IMG/VR virus record: IMGVR_UViG_3300031578_000004
Location: 66,359 to 130,358 of that record
Source: a virus
DNA length: 64,000 nt
Reading direction: 5' to 3' (one strand)
Below the pieces are notes generated by a model, which was not told the origin of the DNA, made no database searches, and saw nothing but the letters and a program-made list of their open reading frames with translations. This document shows, piece after piece, positions 19,590 through 29,005 of this stretch. Both the position numbers and the translations under genes were made by a program. How positions within the stretch are numbered: the stretch's first letter is position 1; each line of letters starts with the position of its first letter.

Positions 19590-19823
19590 ATGATAGATAA
19601 GAGTAATCATAAAAAAGTAGGTAGAGGGTTATATTTAAAATTCACACCAGAAAATTTTATAAACACATTTAAGTAATATGAAATTAATGAAAAAGATATT
19701 GAAGTTGGAGATACTTATGATTTAGAAGAATGTACAATACCTATATATATTGCAGAAAATGTTCAAGGTGATTATGAATGTGTTTGTGAATTTGGAACTG
19801 AAATACATGAAATTGGAGATTAG
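19590..19823 (+). pseudogene. Hypothetical protein with in-frame TAA (19674-19676)
   Basis: Strong RBS; the frame stays open for 48 further codons after the stop. Confidence 0.45.
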
Positions 19824-19840
19824 AAAAAATATAAAATTAG

Positions 19841-20068
19841 ATGAAGGAGGAATATAAAAATAATATGATAAAAACAGAACATGATGTAATAAGATTCATA
19901 AAGAGATTTCCAGATAAAATAATAACTTCTGAAAACATTTCCGAAAGAATGATTGCTAAAACATGGAAATGCTCAAGTTGTAAGACAAAATATTATAGTG
20001 AACTTGGTAGGATAATACCGAGTCCGTGTGAGATGTGTGGTGGGATTGGGTTTGAGAAGGTTGAGTAG
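19841..20068 (+). CDS. Small zinc-ribbon protein
   Basis: WKCSSC...PCEMCGG. Confidence 0.65.
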   Translation: MKEEYKNNMIKTEHDVIRFIKRFPDKIITSENISERMIAKTWKCSSCKTKYYSELGRIIPSPCEMCGGIGFEKVE

Positions 20069-20101
20069 GGGATAGGATTTGATAGTAGATAGGAGGATAA
20101 T

Positions 20102-20335
20102 ATGAGCATAAAATATATAAAACAATTTAGTATTCCTTATTGGATAAATAGAAAATTAGATTTAGACTTGTTTTGGAGATTTAGTAATATTGAAAATATT
20201 AAAGAATTAATTCTAACAATATGGAAAGTTAAAAGATTAACTGATTATAAATGTCATGAAAATGAATGGGGTAGTAATTGGTGGAAACATATTGTGATTT
20301 GGAAGAGTAAGGGAAGGCTTAGACAGGAGGAATAG
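20102..20335 (+). CDS. Hypothetical protein
   Basis: AGGAGG RBS, 77 aa. Confidence 0.6.
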   Translation: MSIKYIKQFSIPYWINRKLDLDLFWRFSNIENIKELILTIWKVKRLTDYKCHENEWGSNWWKHIVIWKSKGRLRQEE

Positions 20336-20336
20336 A

Positions 20337-23054
20337 TTGAAGAAAGAAAATGCATACATAATGAATTTAGAATCTGCTTATATATATAAAGATATTCAAG
20401 AAAATAAAAAGATAACCATTAAAAATAGAGATTTAACAAAATTATTTTCAGCCACAATACCTTATAGTTTGGAAACTATTAGAATGAATAATATGTTTTC
20501 TGATACTTTTTATACAATAAAAAACAGTGGAAAACAATATACTACAAAAATTATAAATGTCACTTTTGATAAAAACTATACTATATGGGATGACATAAAT
20601 AAAAAAAGAATTACTTTAACTAATAAGAAAAAAATTAGAAAACATCTATATGACAATGGATTTGTGATGGATGATGTGAAATATATTTTTTATAAAAGGG
20701 GAGCAGGAAAAGCTAAAAATGGTTACGCTTTCTATATTCAAGAAGATATGAGGGATAAATTAATCAATAGAAGTAGGTTAAATTTAAAATTTGAGAAAGA
20801 TGAACTTCTTGATTTAACTTCACTTTTAGCTTATGAATCTTTAATTTCATCAAGTATAGATTTTACAATTAACTTAAATCCCTTAACAGAAATCCTATTA
20901 ATAGATGATATATATGGGTTAGAGTTTGAAAGTCTTGCTAGTGTCACCAGAGAGCAAAATAAACACGTATCTACTCAGAATGAAACTTTAATTTTACAGA
21001 ACTACTTAACAGATGGGCAGGGACTTCTTGATGAGTCAGTTTTTAAACAATATGATAAATCAGATAAAGGATTTATGCTTTTAAGAAGTGATATGTTTAA
21101 AGATTGTGGATTTAATACTAAGTTACAAGTATGGTTTAAGTATAATAATATAGATACTCTAACAGATATGTTTGGAAATATATATGAAGCAAATAAAATA
21201 AAATTAGTAATTACCCCTAATTCATTAAAGTTCTTAAAGTTTGCTTATAAATTTACAAAAACAAAGACAATGGAAGAATATAATAATTTAAATAAAGAAG
21301 AACAAATAAAAGTAAAAAAAGAATGCTATGACTATTGGAAAAACAATATTGATGATATGTTTGGTGTAGTTAAATGTGACAAAGAAGGTAATTATGGTAA
21401 TTATAATAGAACTACATATCAAGTTTTAAATAGTATACCTAATTTAACGTATGCAGAATTAATGGAAATTACGGAAATTGAAAGAGAATATGTAATGCTA
21501 TTGAAGAACGATTTTGCTGTATTTAGAAACTATTTAGGCTGTGATGCTAAAACAAGTTTAAAATTAGAAAAGAAGTTAGAAGAAGGGGATATTAGTTTAT
21601 ATGAAAATACAGACTTAATAAATGCACTACTGTTGGTTAATTCAGATATTCAATATACCACAAAGTTTAAAAAGATAAAAAGTGATTTGATTGCTAATTA
21701 TATTACTCATTTAAAAGAAGGCAAGATAAGAATGAAAGATTCTAAATATGTAACGTTAGTTTCTAATCCTTATGAGATGCTTTTAGCTTCAATAGGTAAA
21801 TATAATAATAAGTCAATTATGAGTGGTAGGGAGGTATATTGTAAATATTATCAAGATGGTCAAAACTTTTGTGCCACAAGAAATCCTCATATTAATTCAG
21901 GAAATTTGATGCACACCACAAATAGATATCATGAAGAATATGAGGATTGGTTTAATTTAACTGATAATATTTGTGCAATAAACTTTTTTGATAATGATGC
22001 TCCAGATAGACTTCAGGGGTGTGACACCGATTCTGACACAATTCTGCTAAATTCGAGTACCATATTGTCGAATAAAGCCAAATATTGTGAAGAGAACTTT
22101 CCTACTCCTATAAATAGAGTCGAAGGTAATTCAAAACCTAGAAAAAATAATATGACTGAATTACATAAATTAGATATTATATTGAGTGATAATTACATAG
22201 GTAGAATAGTTAATATGTCTCAAATAATTAATTCGTATTTAAATGATGCTATTTCAAAAAGTAAGTCTAATGAGATAATAGATGAATTATATCAAGCAAG
22301 TAGTAAGCTATCAAGTATGAGTCAAATTGAAATAGATAAAAGTAAAAAGGTTTTTGATAATATTAAAATGAATAAAGAATTAGGAAAAATGAGAAATATT
22401 AGTTCTATAAGGTATGTTGAAGAAAAAGATAAGTTTGAAAATATGGTTAAGAAAATGGTAGTTCCTAATTTTTTTAATATGATTTCAGACTCTAATGATT
22501 ACAGGGTGTTTGAGAAGTTTAATACCCCTTTAGATATATTACAAGATATATTAGTGTTTAAGCACTCTGATTATAAGAAAGGAACAAAGAATATAGAATT
22601 AGTTGATTTATTAGTTAAGTCAAAAGAATTAGATGGAATATATCAAATAAATAGTGCATTAGCTATATGTAAAATAATTGAGGATTGTGGAAAAAAGATA
22701 AATGGATTAAAGCTTAAAACATGTACATTGAATGATAAAGCTAAAAAAACCGTTGAGAGAAAATCTAAAAAAGAAGCTATTGAAAAATTAAAAAAATTAA
22801 CCCCAAATGATGCAACGATTTTATCAATATTAAAACAAAGTTTTGGTAAAAAAGAAGATGATAGACTTGGATTTAAAAAATATAGTATGTTAACTTTAAA
22901 TTTATTATTTATTTCTAAAAAAATTCAAGTGCTAAAATGTTTTAAAAACAATAATATGGCTATGGATGAAGTGTTGATAAAAATAAAAGATGAATATGAT
23001 TTTAATATCTTTGGAGAAAATTATCAAAAGATGTTAAGAAAAGAAATTTTATAA
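20337..23054 (+). CDS. YonO-like single-subunit two-barrel RNA polymerase
   Basis: TDGQG, RNPH and RLQGCDTDSD (DxDxD) motifs; about 900 aa; sits ahead of an SPbeta-like late region. Confidence 0.85.
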   Translation: MKKENAYIMNLESAYIYKDIQENKKITIKNRDLTKLFSATIPYSLETIRMNNMFSDTFYTIKNSGKQYTTKIINVTFDKNYTIWDDINKKRITLTNKKKIRKHLYDNGFVMDDVKYIFYKRGAGKAKNGYAFYIQEDMRDKLINRSRLNLKFEKDELLDLTSLLAYESLISSSIDFTINLNPLTEILLIDDIYGLEFESLASVTREQNKHVSTQNETLILQNYLTDGQGLLDESVFKQYDKSDKGFMLLRSDMFKDCGFNTKLQVWFKYNNIDTLTDMFGNIYEANKIKLVITPNSLKFLKFAYKFTKTKTMEEYNNLNKEEQIKVKKECYDYWKNNIDDMFGVVKCDKEGNYGNYNRTTYQVLNSIPNLTYAELMEITEIEREYVMLLKNDFAVFRNYLGCDAKTSLKLEKKLEEGDISLYENTDLINALLLVNSDIQYTTKFKKIKSDLIANYITHLKEGKIRMKDSKYVTLVSNPYEMLLASIGKYNNKSIMSGREVYCKYYQDGQNFCATRNPHINSGNLMHTTNRYHEEYEDWFNLTDNICAINFFDNDAPDRLQGCDTDSDTILLNSSTILSNKAKYCEENFPTPINRVEGNSKPRKNNMTELHKLDIILSDNYIGRIVNMSQIINSYLNDAISKSKSNEIIDELYQASSKLSSMSQIEIDKSKKVFDNIKMNKELGKMRNISSIRYVEEKDKFENMVKKMVVPNFFNMISDSNDYRVFEKFNTPLDILQDILVFKHSDYKKGTKNIELVDLLVKSKELDGIYQINSALAICKIIEDCGKKINGLKLKTCTLNDKAKKTVERKSKKEAIEKLKKLTPNDATILSILKQSFGKKEDDRLGFKKYSMLTLNLLFISKKIQVLKCFKNNNMAMDEVLIKIKDEYDFNIFGENYQKMLRKEIL

Positions 23055-23276
23055 TTATTTCTAAAAACAAGTGATTGCAAGGTGAAAATATTTTTATACC
23101 CCTCAAACCTTGTAGTACCAATGGTTCTACGATTGTCTATCTTCCTTGTATATGATATAGAACAACAAATATAAAAATAAATAATATAAGTGAGGCTTGT
23201 TGTGATAATAACCCTTTATATTATGTTTTTAAAAATACAGACAGATAAACAATAAATAAGTAAGGGGATAGGACTT

Positions 23277-23576
23277 ATGAATAATTCCTGTAAAAATTGC
23301 ATTATGGATTGTGACCAATATACAGAAAATGAATTATGTAACAACTTCAAGAAAGCGAAGCCTGTTTCCGAATATAATAAAATTGTTAGAGAAGAAAATA
23401 GAAATCTACATAAATTCTGCGATAAAAATAATCTCAAATACAGTGAACTAATGAAAATGCTAAGATATAAGATTAGGTTTAAATATAAATATCGTGTTTT
23501 ACTAGAAAATTTCTTGTATATGAAAGATGAGTGGAGTCAATGGATTGAGGATGGCGAAAAAACATATGGGGAATAA
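23277..23576 (+). CDS. Hypothetical protein with Cys-rich N-terminus
   Basis: CKNCIMDC...C; 99 aa. Confidence 0.6.
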   Translation: MNNSCKNCIMDCDQYTENELCNNFKKAKPVSEYNKIVREENRNLHKFCDKNNLKYSELMKMLRYKIRFKYKYRVLLENFLYMKDEWSQWIEDGEKTYGE

Positions 23577-25005
23577 AAAGAAAAGTGAAGATAAGATAAA
23601 GATACAGTTTATCGGAGCTACAGATGAAGTTACAGGTTCATGTACATATATTCAAGTAGATGGAATAAATATATTAGTTGATTTTGGTTTGATACAAAAC
23701 AATGAATTAACAATAGACCAACTATATAGATTAAATTCAAAAGAATTACCACTTCCAATGAGTAAAATCGACTATGTAATAATATTACATTCTCATTATG
23801 ACCATTGTTCGAGACTCCCTATATTATCAAATTCTGAATTTACAGGTAAGATTATTACCACAACTTTAACAGCAAAGCTAATGAATCTTATACTGAATGA
23901 TTCAGCTCACATAATGAATAGAGAAGTAACAAGGGTGAATAAAAAGAGAACAGTAAAAAAGTTATCACCTTTATATACAAAATCAGATGTTGAATACATT
24001 ATGACCTTTGTACAAGGTTATGATTTTAATAAAGAAATAATATTAAATAATAGAACCAAAATAACTCTACTTCCTGCATCTCATATTAGTGGTGCAGCAA
24101 TGTTGTATTTAGAATTTCAAGAATCTGAATATGTAAAGAAAAGAATCCTAGTTACATCAGATACAAGTGGAATAGATAGAGATGTTCCTTTTACTATGAA
24201 GCCTGATATAGAAAAATTAAAAGTAGATTTAATAGTTTCAGAATCGACTTATGGTGATAGAGAACATGATGATATTAATCCTGAAGAACAGTTAGAAAAA
24301 TGTATTAGGGATACTATTTTAGATAAAAAGAAAACTTTAATAATCCCTTCGTTTGCGATGTCCAGATGCACGAATATAATATTAATGCTTTATAATTTAT
24401 TTAATAAATATAAGGAATTTCAAGATATAGAGTTATATTTAGCAAGTCCTATGAGTATTAATGCACATAAGATTATTGGAGAAGATGAAAGTTTTGATTT
24501 CTATGATAAGCAATGGAGTCAATATAAGGACTTATTTAAATGGGATAAAATACAAATGATTGATGATTTTGAAATAGTTCAAACAAAATTAATTAATGAC
24601 ACTCCAAAACTGATAATCTCGGCTAGTGGAATGTGCGATAATGGCTTTGTGAAATACATAATTAGTAAGTATTTACACATTAAAGATAATAAGATTTTAA
24701 TTTCTGGCTATCAATCAAATGGAAGCCTTGGTAGGAAATTAATTGACGGAATTACTAAAACAGTTACTATAGATGGAATAGCCGTACCTATAAAAGCAGA
24801 TATAGAAATGCTTAAAAAAATGAGTAGTCACGCAAGTAAAAGTGAACTTGTGAATTTACTAAAGACAGTAGAAAAAAAGAAAGTAAAAAAGATTGCTTTG
24901 GTACACGGGCAAAAAGAAGCAAAAGAAAGTCTTAGAGAAGCACTAAAGAAGGAATTTGATTGTGAGATTATTATACCGTATGAGAACATGATAATTAAAA
25001 TATAA
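23551..25005 (+). CDS. MBL-fold beta-CASP ribonuclease
   Basis: GATDEVTGSC, HSHYDH, ASHISG, ESTYG, SASGM, SSHA, LVHG motifs; exact start uncertain (23551 or 23566). Confidence 0.9.
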   Translation: MAKKHMGNKKKSEDKIKIQFIGATDEVTGSCTYIQVDGINILVDFGLIQNNELTIDQLYRLNSKELPLPMSKIDYVIILHSHYDHCSRLPILSNSEFTGKIITTTLTAKLMNLILNDSAHIMNREVTRVNKKRTVKKLSPLYTKSDVEYIMTFVQGYDFNKEIILNNRTKITLLPASHISGAAMLYLEFQESEYVKKRILVTSDTSGIDRDVPFTMKPDIEKLKVDLIVSESTYGDREHDDINPEEQLEKCIRDTILDKKKTLIIPSFAMSRCTNIILMLYNLFNKYKEFQDIELYLASPMSINAHKIIGEDESFDFYDKQWSQYKDLFKWDKIQMIDDFEIVQTKLINDTPKLIISASGMCDNGFVKYIISKYLHIKDNKILISGYQSNGSLGRKLIDGITKTVTIDGIAVPIKADIEMLKKMSSHASKSELVNLLKTVEKKKVKKIALVHGQKEAKESLREALKKEFDCEIIIPYENMIIKI

Positions 25006-25046
25006 ATAATTAATATAAAATAAAAGGAATAAAAGGAGAAATAAAA

Positions 25047-25244
25047 TTGGCAAATAAAAAGAATTCGGTTAGTTTCAAAAAAGGATTTATACATTTTGAA
25101 GATGATAAAATAACTTTTGAAGAAATAACTAAAGACGGTAGTTTCTTTTATGATTTAATAGCTACTTTAAAGGAATTTGATGGTATTGAAAATGTAAGTA
25201 TCACAATAGGAAATGATAAAGATATCGCTCCTATAAAAGAGTAA
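25047..25244 (+). CDS. YonK-like protein
   Basis: EITKD...YDL...LKEFDG...VSITI pattern, size and position match SPbeta YonK. Confidence 0.7.
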   Translation: MANKKNSVSFKKGFIHFEDDKITFEEITKDGSFFYDLIATLKEFDGIENVSITIGNDKDIAPIKE

Positions 25245-25258
25245 TAACAAATTTAAAA

Positions 25259-25441
25259 AACGTGGTGGCGGAATAGATTTCTATTAGCATGAGTGCGAGT
25301 AGAGAGGTCTAGGAATGACCAGTAGACGCAAGCAAATTACAGGTTCGATGTGCTGAACGCACGTGGGTATAGCCAATATCCCACAACATGGCGCTGTCAA
25401 AAACTGTATGATATGTAGAGTGCAAATCTTTACCCACGTTT
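25259..25441 (+). ncRNA. Enlarged tRNA-like RNA
   Basis: Acceptor stem AACGTGG/CCACGTT, D-arm TGGCGGAATAG...GTAGACGCA split by about 45 nt, T-arm GTAGAG-TGCAAAT-CTTTAC; no clear anticodon loop, no CCA. Confidence 0.5.
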
Positions 25442-25449
25442 AACAAATT

Positions 25450-26250
25450 AATATAAGCCGAAGGGCATTATAAATAAATAGAATATGTGGAAGGGCATCG
25501 AAAGAGTAAGTCCAGCCACAATAGAATGAATAGGGTATAGAATCCCAACAAAGAAGATTTAACTATCCAGTGTGAGAAATCACACACCTGCCTATAACAC
25601 AAATAACAGTTTACAAGTTTATATTTTGTGTGAAGAAAAACTTGTCTGAAACATATATAGTTACCTGTCGTATATGTGAATGGTTTACTGCTTGATAAAA
25701 GCAACAGGCAAAACTATTATTTATTTAATAGTCGGTACAATATCACCGAATAGTCCTCATGATAGAGGTTTGTCAGAAGCCTACCAAATATCTGCATGGT
25801 AAAGCATGTAAAAACTTAGAGTGCGAGGTTTAGAGGAAAAGCCTTCCAAGATATTGTTTGAGGCAATGCACTTAAAAAACCCTGCTTTTATTACTTACTT
25901 GCTTTAGAGCAAGAGATTTTATCACATATTCTACATGTAGAACACGAGAGGATATTGGACGTTCTGACATCTTCTCAACCCCTTAATTTTTACTATTTTG
26001 AGGATAGAACAGGCAGCTATCACACCATGAAAATGGTCTTATAAGAGATGCAGGAGCTATATCAATAAGGATATAGAGTTTATAGATTAGAAATACATTT
26101 ATAAACTGATTGTCGCCCTGCCAAATAGTTTAATAATCCTACAGGGCATGTAATTTTGCTTGTGGAATAACATACATTTTAATGGTGTATCACAAGTTGG
26201 TAATATACTTTGTCAGAAGTACAAACTGACCATGTCCGAATTTGCCTTAT
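25450..26250 (+). ncRNA. Candidate large structured ncRNA (GOLLD/ROOL size class)
   Basis: No plausible ORF, GC above the flanks, many hairpins and long-range complementarities. Confidence 0.45.
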
Positions 26251-26367
26251 ATATAATTTTTTATTATACTCCCTCTAAAATACAGGTGCTTACTTGCTAA
26301 TGGGTGGGCATCTGTATTGATTTAAACTAAAATAAGTAAATAACGAAAGGTGTTTGTTTAATAGAAA

Positions 26368-26541
26368 ATGAACAATTTTGAAGATAATTTTATTGATGAA
26401 CTGGATGAAGCAGAGCAATCATACAATATCGACCTAAAAGTAATAAAACAATTTAAACGAGAAAGTAAGCAGAAAAAGATAGATGGTAAGAAGAAGAAAA
26501 AAATTAATAAAATTAAATTAGAGAATGAGGAAAAGGAGTAA
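26368..26541 (+). CDS. Small charged hypothetical protein
   Basis: 57-aa frame ending 3 nt before the next ATG. Confidence 0.45.
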   Translation: MNNFEDNFIDELDEAEQSYNIDLKVIKQFKRESKQKKIDGKKKKKINKIKLENEEKE

Positions 26542-26544
26542 AGA

Positions 26545-27720
26545 ATGAATAATTTAATTAGGTTATCTAATGAATGTATTAAAGATTTTAAAATTAGACT
26601 TTGTAAAAATAGAGAATTATATAATCTTACATGGGATGACCTTGCCGAAATTATTAATATAGAAACTGGTGATAAGTTTGGTGAATCTAAATATAGAAAA
26701 TGGTGGTATGCATATTCAGAAGGTTTAAATGATGCAATTGATAGTAATATAACTGAAGATAAATTTTTAATAGAATTGGATTTAAAACGTAGAGAATTAG
26801 AAAAAGAAAAACAGAGATTCTTTGACCAAAGGTCAGCATATAACAAAATAGTAAGAGAAGATGCGAGACGTGATGAATTAAAAGACATTATAACAAATAC
26901 TATAAAATATATTGAACCTTATAAAAATAATAATATTTTGAAAGTAGATTATTTACCTAATGATTTATTAGTTGGATTAAATGACCTGCATTTTGGAATT
27001 GAGATTGAAAACTATTGGAATAAATATAATTCAGAAATAGCAAAGCAAAGACTTGAAAAATATTTACAAGAAATTATATCTGTGCAACAATTACATAAAT
27101 CTGAAAATTGTTATGTTTGTGCAAACGGAGATTTAATTTCTGGGGCAATTCATTATACAATTGCTCTAGCAAATAGAGAAAATGTTGTTGAGCAAGTAAT
27201 GGGAGTATCAGAATTAATTTCGTGGTTTTTAAGTGAATTAAGTAATCATTTTAAAAATATTTATTTCTCTGTAGTGGCAGGAAATCATAGCAGATTAACA
27301 GTAAATAAAGATATGAGTCCTAAGAATGAGAGACTTGATGATTTAATACCTTTTTATGTAAAAGCGAGATTGCAGAATTTAAAGAACATATTCATTATAG
27401 AAGATAAGGTTGATAATACAATGTCTTTGGTCGAGATAAGAGGATTGAACTATTTAGGAGTCCACGGAGATATGGATACTGTAAATGGTATTTTAAAACT
27501 TATTGAAATGTTACCACAGAAGATTTATGCAATAGTTTTTGGACATTTACATCACAATGCCACTAACTTTACTCAAGGATATAAAACATTAATGTCAGGA
27601 AGCCTCATGGGAGTCGATGACTATTGTATTGAAAAACGTATTTTCGGTAAAGCACAACAATTAATAAGTGTTTGTGATAAAAATGGTGTTAAATGTAGTT
27701 ATGATATAATGTTTCAATAA
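26545..27720 (+). CDS. Metallophosphoesterase (YonJ-like, calcineurin-like fold)
   Basis: DLHFG, NGD, GNH, VHGD, GHLHH motifs. Confidence 0.85.
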   Translation: MNNLIRLSNECIKDFKIRLCKNRELYNLTWDDLAEIINIETGDKFGESKYRKWWYAYSEGLNDAIDSNITEDKFLIELDLKRRELEKEKQRFFDQRSAYNKIVREDARRDELKDIITNTIKYIEPYKNNNILKVDYLPNDLLVGLNDLHFGIEIENYWNKYNSEIAKQRLEKYLQEIISVQQLHKSENCYVCANGDLISGAIHYTIALANRENVVEQVMGVSELISWFLSELSNHFKNIYFSVVAGNHSRLTVNKDMSPKNERLDDLIPFYVKARLQNLKNIFIIEDKVDNTMSLVEIRGLNYLGVHGDMDTVNGILKLIEMLPQKIYAIVFGHLHHNATNFTQGYKTLMSGSLMGVDDYCIEKRIFGKAQQLISVCDKNGVKCSYDIMFQ

Positions 27721-27869
27721 ACAAATAATATAAAATTAATATACTCCTTTAGAATGTTTATCTATATGGAGTTTTGAGGTAGAATGTTTTTCTACCCTCT
27801 TTTAATTTATAGATATGAAAACAATTGATATTAGGCAATCAATAATATAAAAATAAGCGAGGATAGTTT

Positions 27870-28454
27870 ATGAATAATACATTTGTCAAAGTAGAAGATG
27901 GAATAAGTATCTATGAAAAAATGTATAATGAATTACTTGATAATAGAATTTTATACTTGAATAGTGATATAGATGACAACACCGTAGATATGATAACTAT
28001 GCAAATAATAATAGCAAATGAAAGAGAAAAATCAATACAAGAAAGCGAATTGAAACCTATATGGATTTATTTAAATAGTTACGGTGGTTCAGCCGATGTA
28101 TGTCTTCATTTAATTCAAGTAATTGAAGAATCTCGTATTCCTATAAATGTAAAGGTTTTAGCAATGGCTGCTTCAGCAGGTTTATATCTAGCAGTGGCTT
28201 GTAAACATAGAGTTAGTTCTAAAAACTCTATCTTCCTACTTCATAAAGGAAGTATTCAGATTGCAGGAAATATGAGCGAGGCAGAAGAAATTATGGATTT
28301 CTATAAGAATGAAGTACAAGAGAAAATGGATGATTTACTTATAAGAAGAACTAAGATTACCAAAGAAGAATTAAAGAAAATTAGACGAAATGAAACATAT
28401 TGTTTAGGGGAAAAGGCTTTAGAACAATATGGGTTTATTGATGAATTAATATAA
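27870..28454 (+). CDS. ClpP-family serine protease
   Basis: RILYL, YLNSYGG, AASAG (Ser), LLH (His), YGFIDELI. Confidence 0.88.
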   Translation: MNNTFVKVEDGISIYEKMYNELLDNRILYLNSDIDDNTVDMITMQIIIANEREKSIQESELKPIWIYLNSYGGSADVCLHLIQVIEESRIPINVKVLAMAASAGLYLAVACKHRVSSKNSIFLLHKGSIQIAGNMSEAEEIMDFYKNEVQEKMDDLLIRRTKITKEELKKIRRNETYCLGEKALEQYGFIDELI

Positions 28455-28495
28455 AACTATAATTAGAATTAAAAGGAGAAACAAAAGGAACGAAC

Positions 28496-28813
28496 ATAAT
28501 ACACAAAATTAATTTCAACGATGAAGGCATTTACGAAGAAAAATACCTGTACAATGGTCAAGAAATTACAGAGACACAATTTGTGGGATTGGCTGAAGAT
28601 TTAAAAGATTATGACAACGTTGAGGATTTTGAAGATGAATGTGATGATTGTTGTGGCTGTGGTGGATGTGGAAAAGAAGATGATTTAGAAAATAAAGGCA
28701 TATCTGTAAAACTAAATGTTAGTTTAAATCCAGATGATTTAGAGGATATACTTGATACCGTAGATTATTTAGAAGAAAAATTAAGTAATATTAAGGTTAA
28801 ATTTAGTTTATAA
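28496..28813 (+). CDS. Hypothetical acidic protein with Cys cluster
   Basis: Frame open upstream to ATA 28496 after AAAGGA; CDDCCGCGGC. Confidence 0.55.
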   Translation: MIHKINFNDEGIYEEKYLYNGQEITETQFVGLAEDLKDYDNVEDFEDECDDCCGCGGCGKEDDLENKGISVKLNVSLNPDDLEDILDTVDYLEEKLSNIKVKFSL

Positions 28814-29005
28814 AACCTAATCAATAATCCCTACCTTCCTTTTCTTTATGAGCTGGACTTAGTCCGATAGCAAGGAGTTGACTGTAGGGTTTATTATATA
28901 TTATAAAGAATTTTAGAGTGAATATTGATAACTGCTCTTATTTAGATAAGGGCAGGATTGAGTATTTATTTTTACATTAAAATTTAAAAGGGAGATGAAA
29001 ATCGG

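Noticed and set aside
18470-19823. Stop-codon reassignment suggested by in-frame TGA (18482) and TAA (19674)
   Set aside because: Two different stop codons are involved, all three stops end genes normally and long genes are intact under code 11; isolated nonsense mutations are the simpler explanation
25259-25441. Canonical tRNA-Leu/Ser
   Set aside because: About 183 nt, no identifiable 7-nt anticodon loop, non-canonical T-loop, no CCA
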